64,000 nucleotides of DNA from positions 1 to 64,000 of IMG/VR virus record IMGVR_UViG_3300026549_002532; one strand, written 5' to 3'. The translations under genes and the position numbers were made by a program. Origin of the DNA: a virus. Its lineage: Duplodnaviria; Caudoviricetes. The notes below the pieces were generated by a model, which was not told the DNA's origin, did no database searches, and was given only the letters and a program-made list of their open reading frames with translations. Below, one piece after another: positions 1 through 10,203 of the stretch (position 1 is the stretch's first letter; the number at the start of each line of letters is the position of its first letter).

Positions 1-489
1 TCATGGCTTGACGATGCGTCTGACGGTGTGGTTGCCATTGACGGTGGTGGCCTCGACCAGATAGACACCGGCAGGCAGGTGGCCCAGATGCAGCGTGGCG
101 TTGTCCGCATGGCACTTCTGCTCGGCCACACGCGCACCATTGGGTGCCAGTACGCGCACCAGCTCGAGCGGGCTGCTGGCAACCACGTTGACCACATCGC
201 GCACCAGCGTTGGGGTGATCATGATGCCGTCTTGCCCTTGCACTACATCATCCAGCTCACTGCTGGCGATGGTGAGCAGTGTGGGCTCATCAAGGTCGCC
301 GTAGATGACGTCGCTGACCCAGCGCACATGTTCGTTCATCCACAGGGTCTCGCCATCAATGACTGTGGCAAAATAGACACGCTTGCCCGCCTCGTCGGGG
401 TTGCCGGCGAATAATGCAAGCAATAAAACTGACTTTCTGGAATATCGACTGTCAAAAAGTGGATGAAAAGTGTGGCAGAAATGTCGCAC
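1..489 (-). CDS. Short or 5'-truncated T9SS (Por secretion) C-terminal-domain protein, host gene
   Basis: C-terminus 'LHLGHLPAGVYLVEATTVNGNHTVRRIVKP' matches the T9SS type A CTD pattern (GxYxV...K-x-x-K); no clear signal peptide, start uncertain. Confidence 0.6.
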   Translation of the reverse strand: MRHFCHTFHPLFDSRYSRKSVLLLALFAGNPDEAGKRVYFATVIDGETLWMNEHVRWVSDVIYGDLDEPTLLTIASSELDDVVQGQDGIMITPTLVRDVVNVVASSPLELVRVLAPNGARVAEQKCHADNATLHLGHLPAGVYLVEATTVNGNHTVRRIVKP

Positions 490-575
490 TGGACCCCAAA
501 AACAGCACCAGAATCAGCTCAAACAGGCAAAAAACACCCAAAAAAGCACTTTTTTCAAAAAAAAACGCCAAAAAA

Positions 576-607
576 TTTGCACAGTCCGACAAATGGCAGT
601 ACCTTTG
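576..607 (+). promoter_or_regulatory. Bacteroidetes sigma-70 promoter of the tRNA
   Basis: TTTG (576-579) - 20 nt - TACCTTTG (600-607), the canonical -33/-7 Bacteroidetes consensus, 37 nt before the tRNA. Confidence 0.8.
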
Positions 608-644
608 CATCGCTTTTCGGAAAAATAAGCCGATTGGCACAGTT

Positions 645-719
645 CGGGATGTAGCTCAGTCCGGTTAGAGTACGCGTCTGGGGGGCGTGGGGTCGCTAGT
701 TCGAATCTAGTCATCCCGA
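645..719 (+). tRNA. tRNA-Pro (anticodon GGG); probable integration site
   Basis: Acceptor stem CGGGATG/CATCCCG, D arm AGCTCAGTCCGGTTAGAGT, anticodon arm CGCGT-CTGGGGG-GCGTG, T loop GTTCGAAT; CCA not encoded. Confidence 0.95.
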
Positions 720-726
720 CTGAAGT

Positions 727-776
727 AAAAAGGTACTGAAAATTAGCAAGATAGCTAATGAATCAGTGCCTTTTTT
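727..776 (+). terminator. Hairpin/terminator after the tRNA
   Basis: AAAAAGGTACTGA...TCAGTGCCTTTTTT inverted repeat with inner ATTAGC/GCTAAT. Confidence 0.6.
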
Positions 777-862
777 CGTACCTAAATGGTACAAAAATCG
801 CCAAAAAAAAACAGCAATTTTGCAACATTTTGGTGTCATTCGCAACCCTTCGCAACATTCCA

Positions 863-1016
863 CTTGCAAGTACGCTTGCAAGTATGCTTGCAAGCAAAAA
901 CACTGGTTTTTTGCTTGTTTCAAGCGATTCTTGCCCCTCGGAATGGAGCTTGTTGCAATGGGAAAAGAGAGGAATTTGCAAGCGAAATTTGCTCAACTTG
1001 CAAGCGAACTTGCAAG
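863..1016. repeat. CTTGCAAG repeats at 12-bp periodicity (probable integrase arm-type sites)
   Basis: CTTGCAAG at 863, 875, 887 and 997, 1009; TTTGCAAG at 975. Confidence 0.7.
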
Positions 1017-1066
1017 CGCCACTCCGCAATGCGCTGATTTACTGCAAAATGCCACAAGTTTTTATT

Positions 1067-2293
1067 ATGGCAAATACAAGATTTTTTCTTGATGAGCGTG
1101 GCTCGAAAGCCGGCTCACCGTGTGTGTTGAAGGTCGCAATAGCGCATAAGCAGAAGACTGCTTACCTGTCGCTAAGCGCAAAGTTGCTCCCATCGCAGTG
1201 GGATAACGCGAAAATGAGGGTTGTCAACCATCCAGACCAGATGCTGCTGAATGTTTACGTTTCAGGCATCAAGCAGCAAGTTGACACCCTACTTCTTGAA
1301 CTGGCTCGTGATGGAAAGTTGGATTCTATGACTGCCGCTCAAATCAAGGCTCATTGTGAACTGGCACTCAACCCCGAGAAAGCTGCCGCAGAACGAAAGA
1401 AGAACTTGTTCGTGACTCGCTTCTTGAAGTTCGCCGAGAGCAAGCGAGCAAGCACCAAGCGAATTTATATGGAGACATATAAGCGCATGAAGGAGTATGC
1501 TGGTGCGAGGCTTGATGACCTCAGCTTTGAGGACATAACCAAGGAGTGGATAATCGGTTTTGACACCTATATGGAGCCACAATCGCCGTCGCGAAATGCC
1601 CGAAACATTCACCTGCGTAACATCCGTGCCGTGTTCAACGAAGCCCTTGATGATGAGATTACTACTTTCTATCCGTTCCGCCGTCTGAAGATTAAGAATG
1701 AGGCTACTCGCAAGCGCAACCTCAAAGTTGAGGACTTCCGCACGTTCATCAACTTCCCTTGCGAGAAGCACGCCCAGCAGTACCTCGACATGTTCAAACT
1801 GATGTTTATGTTGCTGGGCATCAACGCTATCGACTTGTGCAATCTCAAAGAGATTGACCATGATGGTCGCATCAACTTCCACCGTGCCAAGACTAATCGC
1901 CTTTATTCTATAAAGGTGGAGCCCGAGGCACTGGAGATCATCAACAAGTACCGCGGCGAGAACTGGCTGCTGAACATTCTCGACCGCTATGCTGATTACA
2001 AGGACTACACCAAGCGCATGAACCGAGCCTTGAAAAAGATTGGCCCGGTGAAGCGTGTGGGTCTCGGCGGCAAGAAAATATATGAGCCGCTATTCCCCGA
2101 TATATCAACGTATTGGGCGCGTCACACATGGGCGACTATCGCTGCAAGCCTTGACATTCCCCGTGACACCATTGCCCATGCTCTGGGACACGGCAACAAC
2201 ACTGTCACGGACATCTACATCGACTTTGACGAGCGCAAGGTCGATGAGGCCAACCGCAAAGTGTTGGATTGGGTTCTATATGGTAAACGTTGA
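1067..2293 (+). CDS. Tyrosine recombinase/integrase (Bacteroidetes arm-binding + SAM-like + catalytic domains)
   Basis: Likely start MANTRFFLDER at 1067; catalytic motifs 'HRAKT', 'YWARHTWATIA', 'LGHG', 'TDIYI'; adjacent to tRNA. Confidence 0.92.
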   Translation: MANTRFFLDERGSKAGSPCVLKVAIAHKQKTAYLSLSAKLLPSQWDNAKMRVVNHPDQMLLNVYVSGIKQQVDTLLLELARDGKLDSMTAAQIKAHCELALNPEKAAAERKKNLFVTRFLKFAESKRASTKRIYMETYKRMKEYAGARLDDLSFEDITKEWIIGFDTYMEPQSPSRNARNIHLRNIRAVFNEALDDEITTFYPFRRLKIKNEATRKRNLKVEDFRTFINFPCEKHAQQYLDMFKLMFMLLGINAIDLCNLKEIDHDGRINFHRAKTNRLYSIKVEPEALEIINKYRGENWLLNILDRYADYKDYTKRMNRALKKIGPVKRVGLGGKKIYEPLFPDISTYWARHTWATIAASLDIPRDTIAHALGHGNNTVTDIYIDFDERKVDEANRKVLDWVLYGKR

Positions 2294-2410
2294 CCCTACC
2301 AATCAGCTTGCCAATGACCCTGCCGATGAATATACCAATGAGTGTATCGTGCCATATTGACTATTGCCCTGCCAACGTCATAGACAATGACCTTACCAAA
2401 GACCTCACCG
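2291..2410 (+). repeat. Degenerate 12-bp tandem array (consensus about TGACCYTRCCAA) directly after the integrase stop
   Basis: TGACCCTACCAA TCAGCTTGCCAA TGACCCTGCCGA TGAATATACCAA ... ATGACCTTACCA. Confidence 0.55.
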
Positions 2411-2619
2411 CTTACATAAACCATGTGTGAAGGTAGATGACAATCTAAAATTGCAAAGCATTGAAAATCAAGCATCTTGTAACGAGCGGCAAGGTGCTTG
2501 ATTTTTTTCAATAATTTCGGCTTTATGTCGAAAAAACACTTATGCTTGTGGTCAAAGATTGTTTGTATTCATACAATCTTGTAAACTTGCGACTCCTTTT
2601 CGTCTAAAATGTCACAAGA

Positions 2620-2717
2620 CTTGCGCATCGGCTTGCGCATTGACTTGCGCAAGTTCAAGCCCAACAAGTTAAAAGGCAGATGTTTAGAAAAAACACCTGC
2701 CCTGTATGGCTTGCGCA
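2620..2717 (+). repeat. CTTGCGCA repeats at 12-bp periodicity (second arm-type array)
   Basis: CTTGCGCA at 2620, 2632, 2644 and 2710. Confidence 0.65.
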
Positions 2718-2730
2718 AGTGACGCTCTTT

Positions 2731-4749
2731 TCAATCGGTCTGCACTTTGTAGAAGTCGCCTTTGAGAAGGTTGCTCATGCCGTCCTCGGTGAAGGTGGCC
2801 GTGAGCTTGGCGCAAAGGTAGCGTTTGCCGTCGATGTGGAACAGCGAGCGGACATTGGGGATTTCATCGCAGAGGAAGGAGAAGGTGTACTTCTTCTTGC
2901 GTTCAACTTCGGTGTAGGTAGTGCGCTGCACGCCCTGGCCGTAGGCTCGGTTGTTGATGCGCAGCGACAACTGCCGTCCGCTGTAGATTATGCCCCATGT
3001 GATGGTGAGCTTGCTTGTGTCGGTGAGCACCGCCGGCACAGCGTATGAATAGGTCATGTCGAAGGTGTCCGTCCATGGGTGCGGCAGCCGAGGCTTGCAT
3101 TTGGTGTAGTCGCCCCACCAAAAGGCGACAAAGAGTTTGTCGAACACGGCACCCGACTTGTCCTGCTCGCCATTGCTCACCGAGGGGAACGCTCCGAACT
3201 GAATCACCACATCGGGGTCAACGACCTCTACACCCGGGCGCCGCCCTGTGTGTGTCTGCGAGGCGTTGGCCTCATCGTCCTCGCCGGTCTCTCCGCAGTC
3301 GAGGAACACGAGATTGCCGTAAGTGTCATCCGTCTCATCGATCCATGCCGGAACGATATTCATTTCCTCCACCTCATCGGGGTGCTCGCGGTCGAGCATC
3401 AGCGTGCCGAAGCGGTTGACGGGCACCAGTCGGCACACATTCCCCCACTTTAATGCCTCGGAGTTGATGGTGAACGGCGTGGTGCGATACTCCACACGCT
3501 TCATCACTTCGAGGACAAAGTAGGTGTCAATGTCACGCACATAGTGCAGCCCCCATTTGCCGCCCGGGTACTGGGCATAGTCGCTGCGTCCGCCGCCGGT
3601 GTCAAGCACACTGTCTTGCGGCAGGTCGCTGGCGAACAGGTCGGCGAGCGTAGCCCACTCGGTACATTTGACCGTGCCGTCGGCTCGTGTCATTCGCTCG
3701 ATGTACCATTGGGCGTTATAGATATTATCGAGGCGGTGGCCACCATCGGCGAAGCCCTGGTTGAGCATTGCCTTATAATTGCTGTCGCTATCCTCCTCGC
3801 TATTCACCTCCACGCTGAAAGCGTCAATCACCTTGTCGATACACACAAGCCCTGCACCGCTGACGTTCTCGGCAGTGACCGAGCAAGTGACCTTGTTGCG
3901 TGCGTGGTCAATGTCAAACTCCATGAGTAGGAATTTTTCAAGTTCCATGAAAAATTCATTGACCGTCCAATGAGGCAGCGCAGCCGCCCATCGGCGGTTG
4001 CTCCATGAGTACGGCAGCGTGTTGCACACAAGCAGGTACTTGTATTCAGATTGCTCCCACTTGGCGAAGTCGTAGGCGTAGCCGAGCGCGTCGCAAATCT
4101 TCTTGGTGAGCCATAGAAGATTGGGCTGAAACGAGAAGCCTTTGGTGAAGTCCGTGTCCTCGTCATCATCGCCCACTACTTTCCATTCATACTTATTGGC
4201 ACTGGCGTTCCATCGGGCGCAGTTCTGCAGATTGCCGCTATAGTTGTTCACCCACGGCAGAGCCGTATAGTCTTGCCATCGTGCCCACATTTGGGCAGGA
4301 GTCATATAGACCGCATCCTCCCAACCGGGGCGAGGTCCCGACATTCCGCCCGATGAGATATTGTCGGGGTGAATGTGTGGCCACTCGCCCAAATCCAGCT
4401 CGTCGATATAAGTTTCATCGAAGTGCGGATAGAAGTTCTGATAACTCCTTTTTTCAAGGAACTGCACCTTGACGCTTTCATTGGTGATGCCTGTGATGAC
4501 CACGGCACCCACCTTGCGGAACTTGGTGTCTTGCAGGACTGCATTGAAAAAGATTTTGTCGGTGTCAACATCTTTTCGTGTGAGGTGTCCGAACACGGCG
4601 ATGTTCTGCGGACACTCGGCAAGCGGCAGTTCAATCTCCAGCGAGTAGTCGTCCGCGTCAGTAAAGATACGGTTCTCCGAAACGTATTCTATTGACGAGC
4701 CTTTCTTCAAGGCAGCTTGCTTGCCGTCGATTTGTAGTGATATAGCCAT
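2731..4749 (-). CDS. Phage tail protein (distal tail/baseplate-type)
   Basis: 672 aa, first phage gene downstream of the tape measure; N-terminus 'ISLQIDGKQAALKKGSSIEYVSEN' is typical of Bacteroidetes siphovirus tail proteins. Confidence 0.6.
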   Translation of the reverse strand: MAISLQIDGKQAALKKGSSIEYVSENRIFTDADDYSLEIELPLAECPQNIAVFGHLTRKDVDTDKIFFNAVLQDTKFRKVGAVVITGITNESVKVQFLEKRSYQNFYPHFDETYIDELDLGEWPHIHPDNISSGGMSGPRPGWEDAVYMTPAQMWARWQDYTALPWVNNYSGNLQNCARWNASANKYEWKVVGDDDEDTDFTKGFSFQPNLLWLTKKICDALGYAYDFAKWEQSEYKYLLVCNTLPYSWSNRRWAAALPHWTVNEFFMELEKFLLMEFDIDHARNKVTCSVTAENVSGAGLVCIDKVIDAFSVEVNSEEDSDSNYKAMLNQGFADGGHRLDNIYNAQWYIERMTRADGTVKCTEWATLADLFASDLPQDSVLDTGGGRSDYAQYPGGKWGLHYVRDIDTYFVLEVMKRVEYRTTPFTINSEALKWGNVCRLVPVNRFGTLMLDREHPDEVEEMNIVPAWIDETDDTYGNLVFLDCGETGEDDEANASQTHTGRRPGVEVVDPDVVIQFGAFPSVSNGEQDKSGAVFDKLFVAFWWGDYTKCKPRLPHPWTDTFDMTYSYAVPAVLTDTSKLTITWGIIYSGRQLSLRINNRAYGQGVQRTTYTEVERKKKYTFSFLCDEIPNVRSLFHIDGKRYLCAKLTATFTEDGMSNLLKGDFYKVQTD

Positions 4750-4838
4750 ATTAAATTCGCACTTCGTGCGAGGTTTATAGTTTAGTGTTTAGAGTTTATA
4801 GAAACCACTACCGCAAAAATATAGCGGTTGAGATACTG

Positions 4839-4873
4839 CAAAAGTAACTCAACCGCTTAGACGTTGAAAAGAC
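4839..4873 (-). promoter_or_regulatory. Phage module promoter copy 1 (GTCTTTT-N20-TACTTTTG)
   Basis: Plus strand CAAAAGTA 4839-4846, AAAAGAC 4867-4873. Confidence 0.65.
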
Positions 4874-4879
4874 GAATGT

Positions 4880-5275
4880 CTAAACTCTATTAGATGCAAC
4901 TATCAAGTGTAAAATTTCAATCAATCTCTCAGCACTGCCACTTCGGAACTTCAGTGGTAGAGTTTTTATCTGTTCTTCAGTTATAAAAAAAGAGAATCCT
5001 TGTAATCTTGAAAACAGACTTTCATAGTTAATTTTAACCTGTTCTTCCATTTTTTTACTCAATGCTTCATTATTATCTTCAACAAGATGCATGTATAAAG
5101 CATCATCTCTCATTGGACCATGAGGTGCAAAAACAGTTCCCTGAGGTACTATGCATTTATCTCCGCCAGTAAACGGAGCAGCAAAATGCACAAGATATTC
5201 TAATTCCGTATCTTCTGCTACTTCAAAAACATTTTCGTCTATCTTTAAAGACTCGATATATTCACGTGTTGCCAT
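4880..5275 (-). CDS. AT-rich moron, hypothetical protein
   Basis: 131 aa, low GC, own -7 box (TATTTTTG on minus strand near 5293-5300). Confidence 0.7.
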   Translation of the reverse strand: MATREYIESLKIDENVFEVAEDTELEYLVHFAAPFTGGDKCIVPQGTVFAPHGPMRDDALYMHLVEDNNEALSKKMEEQVKINYESLFSRLQGFSFFITEEQIKTLPLKFRSGSAERLIEILHLIVASNRV

Positions 5276-5312
5276 AGGATTTTTTTATGCCACAAAAATA
5301 GTGAAAAATATT

Positions 5313-8300
5313 TTACTTGCGTCTATTTTTGGGGGATTTGTTATTCATCAACCTTTGATAATCGTCCTGCGCTTGCTTGATGCCGAGATCGCCGGTCACG
5401 GTGTTCACGGTGACAAACGGCTCGTTGAGCCTTTCATTCAAGCGAGCGAGCGTTTCACGCAGGGCTTTGTTCTCTTGAACAATGACTGTCGGGGCCTGAG
5501 ACTGCGCCAGCACTGCGGGAGCAGTGATCGTGCGGCTCACATCGGTTTGCCTCAGACTGCCGATAGTGTTTGTCCGCTGCGCATAGTCCAGCGCCTCAAT
5601 CAATGGGCGAGCCACCGGCGAGGCGAGCAGTCGCTGCGAAGCCACCCATTCCCCTGCGTGCACCACACCTGCCACCTCATCGACTCGCCCGGGACGGGTG
5701 AAGCCGCCCTCGGCGTAGCCCTGTGCCTGTGATGCCTGTTGCTGCTTCTTGATGGCGGCCACCTGCATCATTCCAGCGGCCACGGCCATAGCCGCCGCAA
5801 TCGGGGCGATGACGTAGCCCACCACCGGGATAGCCGCTGCCGATGAGTAGGCGTTGAGCGCCGCCGTTGCCGTTTGCGCCACGGCTTGGATAACTTGCAT
5901 GGCAAACAACTTGCGGTTCGCCTCGTCCTTGACTTTGGCGACCTCTTTCTGCTTCTGCTTCTCCAGTTGCTTCGTCTTGTACTTGTTGCCCTCGGCCATG
6001 CTGACCTCACGCTCGTAGCGCTTCTCAATGGCGGCAGTCTCAATCTCCATCTCAGCCTGAACCAGTGAAGAAAGCTGCGAGAAGATTGAGGACATTCCGC
6101 TGGTCAGAGCCTCAACCGACTTGGTGAGTGCCTGCCCCCCGTCACCATTGAGCCAATCGAGCAGGTCTTGGTTCCACTTCTCCAGCGCGTTGCGGTCTTC
6201 CTCGCTCCCTGCCTGGTTGTACTTCTTCTTCAGGGCGAGCTTCGCCTTTTCGTAAGCCTCATCGATGCGCAGTTTCTCTGCGGCATTGTCGCCGGCAGCC
6301 TTGACTTCGGCTTGGTACACATCATCGAGGTTGGCCATAGCCGCATTGTACTGCTCCAGATTCTCGGCTGCGTTGTTGCCGAAATACTCCTCTTTCAGTT
6401 TCTTCAGCTCGTCTTGGTGCTTCTTCTCGGCATCCTCGGTCTCCTTGCGTCGCCGCTCCATGTCCTGCATGAGCCGTTGGCGGTAGTTCGCCTCGGCTTG
6501 CAGCCGTTCCTCGGTGCCTTCCTCCTGAATTTCCACAAGAGCCCGCAGGTGGGCGAACTCGATGTTCTCCATCTGCATGTCGTAGGCTTGCTTGGAGAGT
6601 TTGCCGTCGAGGTAGTCCTGCTGCGTTTCCGCTTTCAGTTCCTCGTAGCCCTGTTTTTCATCGGCGATGCGGCGTTTCAGGTCAAGCTCGTCGCGTTTCT
6701 TCATCTCCTCGGCATATTGCGCCGATATGGTCAGCCGCTCATTCTCCGACAGGTCGGTGTGAGCCAGCTGCTTTTGATAGAACTCCGCCGTTATCTCATT
6801 CATGCGCTCGGTGTACTTCTGGTAATCAATGACCCCGGTCGCGTATGCGATACGGTTCAAAGCCTCCTGCCTCTCTCGCCACTCCTTTTCCGCCTTGAAC
6901 TTGTCAACCGTGGCGGTTGATCTGCCGCCACGTCCGCCACCATGTCCGCTGCCGCTGCCCGTAGCACCGCCGGTCGGTGTGTAGGGCGTGAAGTCCACCG
7001 TCTGGTTTTCGAGGTCTTTGGCGGAAATCTCGTATTTCTCGGCAAGCGTCTGGTTGGCCTTGTTCAAGGCTGCGATTTTGCTCTCCGTCTGCTTGCGTGC
7101 CGCGGTGGCGGCATTCGCCGCCGCCCTTGCCTGGTCCACCTTTTCGTTTTCTCTGTTATAGACCTGCTCACGCTCGCGCTGCGCCGTGTTCGACTCCCTG
7201 ATGTCTCCCAGAGCGTAGCCTTGCGCCTTTTCCCGTGCTTGCTGCTTCTTCTTGTCGGCTTGCCGCTGCACCTGTTCAGCGTGAGCCGTCTTCTTCTGCT
7301 CATCCTCACGCTGCGTTTCCAGCGTACCCTCCAGTGCCAGCAGTTCTTTCTCGTTCTCCTCAATCTTGGCGGCCGCCGCCCTCGCCCTCGCCGAAGCGAT
7401 GATGGCCGAGGTGAGGTCGCGGTACTGCTTCGCCGCCTGCCCAGTGAGAATAGCCTCGGTGGTGAGGTTTCCGAACACCGACGGGTAGAGCTGCTGCAGC
7501 CGTTTCGCCGCCTCGATGCGCTTCTCCTTTGAGAGTGCCTCGTTGGTGGCTTCCTTGTAGAGCGCTTTCAGTCGGGTAATCTCATTGGCCGAGAACTGCG
7601 CCGAAGCCTCGTCTATGTTCGTCAGCGACTGCTTCCATTTCGCCATCTCCTCGCGCTGCTCACGGAGCCTTTGGTTCGCCTCGCGCGTCTTGTTGACGAA
7701 GTGGGCGATACCGGCTATGACTGCCGATAGAATAGAGAGCAGCAGTCCCCATGGTGATGACTTCGTGAGCAGGTGGAAAGCGGTGTAGGCAGCTTTGGCC
7801 TTGCCAATCTGCCCGGTCAGCCCGAAGAAGGCCACTTTCAAGGCCAGCGTCGCCGTGGAAAGCGCCTTCATCGTCCCCTGCGAGATCACGAGCCAAGCGT
7901 AGTGCGCACGCAGGGCGATGGTGCTGGCGTTCACCGCCACCTTGTAAACCGTCCAAGAGATGGCAAACGTGATGATGGCCGCCTTGTATTTGATGATGAA
8001 ATCGACAAATACCGACATCACGCGCATGAGCGCCGAAGTGCCGCTGATAGCGTAACGCATCACCGGCATGAGTTTCTGCCCGAGCGCGGCAGCCATCTCG
8101 TTGAAGCCCTTGCGAGCCTTGTCGAGTTGGGCCTGAACCGTGTTGTTCTGCACATTGTATTCTTTCGTGACCGATGTCGCCTGGTCAAAAGCCCTTGAAG
8201 CCTCCTGCTGCTGTTTCTTCACCATGTCGATATTGCCGGCAAGTGCGGAGATCACCTGCGCCGCACGTGCTCCGTTCTCGCCCATGTCCTTGAAAACAGG

Positions 8301-9473
8301 GGCGAGAACGTCGATGTTGCCGAGTTCGTGCAGCCGTTCGAGCAACATCAGCAAACCCTCGTTGGTGTCTCGTGTCAGTGCCTCCTTGAACTTGGCTGCA
8401 TTGATGCCGGTCGCCTTGATGACCTTGTCCTGCTGCTTGAACATATCCATGACCAACTTACTGACGGCGGTCGCCGACATTTCCACCGCCTGGCCCTGCG
8501 AGTCAAGCACAGCCGCGAAGCCCATGATTTGCGGAATCGTCATCTTGGCTTGCGCTCCCACGCCCGCCATTCGCTGCGCGAAGTTGGCGAGGTATGGAGC
8601 CGACGCGGTGCAGTTCTGCGACAGCTCATTGATGACCGAGCCCACGGCAAGCAACGACTGCTCCACGCCGAGGCGTTGCTTGTCGCCGAATATGTCGGTC
8701 AGTTTGGAGAGGGTAAGCGTCGCTCCCTCGCCCAGGTCGTCAAGAGCCACATTGATTTGGTTCGCCGCCTTGACGAAGCCCAGCACGTCCTGCTCCGACT
8801 GCAAGCCGAGCCGTCCAGCTTCCTGCGCGAGTTTGTTCAAGTCCTCCCGGCTGGTTCGTGTGTCAATCTTCTTGAACTGCTCGTTCAGTTTCTCCACCTC
8901 CTCGGCTGTCATGCCCGTAAACTTGCGGACAGAGGCCATTTCAGCGTCAATGTCCGCATAGACCTGCACAGCGGCTTTGCCGGCCATGACGATGCCGGTC
9001 ACGGCGGCAGCCGCGCCCATGATACTCATCTGCCAGTCGTTGAGCACCCGATTGAAACGCTGCCATTTCGATTCAGAGAGCGTAAGTTCCCCGTTGACTT
9101 TAGCCAGTTCCTCTTTGACCAGTCGGATTTTAGCGGTGTGTGCGTTCCACGCCTCGCTGCCTCGTTCCATGTAGTCCAGCTGCCGGTTGAGTGTTTGGAG
9201 TGTCTTGTTCAGCTCTTTGGGTGTAGCACGGTCGAGGCGCAGCATGACCCGCTCCACCTGCTGTGTGGCGGTCTCGATTTCCCTCATCTGCCTACGGGTG
9301 TCGCCGAGTTCACGGCGCAGTTTCCGCAGCTCCACCTTGTTCCCTGCCATAGCCGCTTTTGCGATGGCATTCTCCAACTCCATTGCACGCTGCTTCAGCA
9401 TTTGCAGGACTTGGAGGGGTTGCTGACCGTTCACGGTCAGGTTGACCGTTGCTTGACTGTTTATGTTGCTCAT
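5313..9473 (-). CDS. Phage tail tape measure protein
   Basis: 1386 aa, Ala/Glu/Lys-rich coiled coil; TP901-type core 'ASVRKFTGMTAEEVEKLNEQFKKIDTRTSREDLNKLAQEAGRLG'. Confidence 0.92.
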   Translation of the reverse strand: MSNINSQATVNLTVNGQQPLQVLQMLKQRAMELENAIAKAAMAGNKVELRKLRRELGDTRRQMREIETATQQVERVMLRLDRATPKELNKTLQTLNRQLDYMERGSEAWNAHTAKIRLVKEELAKVNGELTLSESKWQRFNRVLNDWQMSIMGAAAAVTGIVMAGKAAVQVYADIDAEMASVRKFTGMTAEEVEKLNEQFKKIDTRTSREDLNKLAQEAGRLGLQSEQDVLGFVKAANQINVALDDLGEGATLTLSKLTDIFGDKQRLGVEQSLLAVGSVINELSQNCTASAPYLANFAQRMAGVGAQAKMTIPQIMGFAAVLDSQGQAVEMSATAVSKLVMDMFKQQDKVIKATGINAAKFKEALTRDTNEGLLMLLERLHELGNIDVLAPVFKDMGENGARAAQVISALAGNIDMVKKQQQEASRAFDQATSVTKEYNVQNNTVQAQLDKARKGFNEMAAALGQKLMPVMRYAISGTSALMRVMSVFVDFIIKYKAAIITFAISWTVYKVAVNASTIALRAHYAWLVISQGTMKALSTATLALKVAFFGLTGQIGKAKAAYTAFHLLTKSSPWGLLLSILSAVIAGIAHFVNKTREANQRLREQREEMAKWKQSLTNIDEASAQFSANEITRLKALYKEATNEALSKEKRIEAAKRLQQLYPSVFGNLTTEAILTGQAAKQYRDLTSAIIASARARAAAAKIEENEKELLALEGTLETQREDEQKKTAHAEQVQRQADKKKQQAREKAQGYALGDIRESNTAQREREQVYNRENEKVDQARAAANAATAARKQTESKIAALNKANQTLAEKYEISAKDLENQTVDFTPYTPTGGATGSGSGHGGGRGGRSTATVDKFKAEKEWRERQEALNRIAYATGVIDYQKYTERMNEITAEFYQKQLAHTDLSENERLTISAQYAEEMKKRDELDLKRRIADEKQGYEELKAETQQDYLDGKLSKQAYDMQMENIEFAHLRALVEIQEEGTEERLQAEANYRQRLMQDMERRRKETEDAEKKHQDELKKLKEEYFGNNAAENLEQYNAAMANLDDVYQAEVKAAGDNAAEKLRIDEAYEKAKLALKKKYNQAGSEEDRNALEKWNQDLLDWLNGDGGQALTKSVEALTSGMSSIFSQLSSLVQAEMEIETAAIEKRYEREVSMAEGNKYKTKQLEKQKQKEVAKVKDEANRKLFAMQVIQAVAQTATAALNAYSSAAAIPVVGYVIAPIAAAMAVAAGMMQVAAIKKQQQASQAQGYAEGGFTRPGRVDEVAGVVHAGEWVASQRLLASPVARPLIEALDYAQRTNTIGSLRQTDVSRTITAPAVLAQSQAPTVIVQENKALRETLARLNERLNEPFVTVNTVTGDLGIKQAQDDYQRLMNNKSPKNRRK

Positions 9474-9492
9474 AATTTGTTGAATTTTTCAA

Positions 9493-9527
9493 CAAAATTA
9501 GAAACGGCTATCGAGCGGTTAAAAGAC
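9493..9527 (-). promoter_or_regulatory. Phage module promoter copy 2
   Basis: CAAAATTA 9493-9500, 20 nt, AAAAGAC 9521-9527; 20 nt upstream of the tape-measure ATG. Confidence 0.7.
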
Positions 9528-9588
9528 ATCCTAACAACACAATAAAATTGTGGTTTTATCGTTTGTATATTTATAACAATCAAAGGAT

Positions 9589-10203
9589 ATGGAATCAATA
9601 TATAGCAAAGATAAATATGGAATTGTCAGGAATAGATATGGCAATTTCCACATTGGTAAATATAACTTTCGGTATCAAGGTAGGAAACCAAGGTTTGATA
9701 TGTATGGAATAACTACCAAGAAGAGAGGGATTGGAGTGAGTTCATATATTCAATGGATTGAACAAATGCTTCCAACCGATTATCCTTTTGAAATTAGTGA
9801 GGAAGTATTTAATAAAATCAACATCATCATAAGGAACAATGTGGCTGAAGTCAAAAACATTTTATCCCTTCAACCAGAACAAGAAATGAGCCATCAGTTA
9901 AACAGCAAATTCTTCATCAAAACTGATAGGTTCTATTCTGCCCATAGTATCACATTAATATCTTCAACGTCAGGTTCAGAATTTTATGATGAAATATTAA
10001 TTGGAGAAAATGAATTTCTTGAATTGAACTATATTTCTACTTCATTAACACCATCATATCATATTAACAAAGGGGAATGCTTTTATTTAAGTGATTTCAT
10101 ATTTGATTATATAAAGGAAAAGACACTTCAAACATCAGCATTGCTTAAAAACCTTTGTGCTTCTATTTACAAGCCATCCCCTTTGGATGTACCATCTCTA
10201 TAA
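9589..10203 (+). CDS. AT-rich moron, hypothetical protein
   Basis: 204 aa, very low GC, oriented against the phage genes. Confidence 0.7.
   Translation: MESIYSKDKYGIVRNRYGNFHIGKYNFRYQGRKPRFDMYGITTKKRGIGVSSYIQWIEQMLPTDYPFEISEEVFNKINIIIRNNVAEVKNILSLQPEQEMSHQLNSKFFIKTDRFYSAHSITLISSTSGSEFYDEILIGENEFLELNYISTSLTPSYHINKGECFYLSDFIFDYIKEKTLQTSALLKNLCASIYKPSPLDVPSL

Noticed and set aside
758-1066. Long N-terminal extension of the integrase ORF (511 aa)
   Set aside because: It runs through the terminator and arm-site repeats; family-like sequence starts at MANTRF (1067).
2296-2730. attR duplicate of the tRNA 3' end after the integrase
   Set aside because: No copy of GTTCGAATCTAGTCATCCCG was found here or noticed elsewhere in the window.
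6168-9545. Long plus-strand ORFs (6168-6920, 8140-8961, 8328-9545)
   Set aside because: Antisense shadows of the GC3-rich tape-measure gene with no recognisable motifs.
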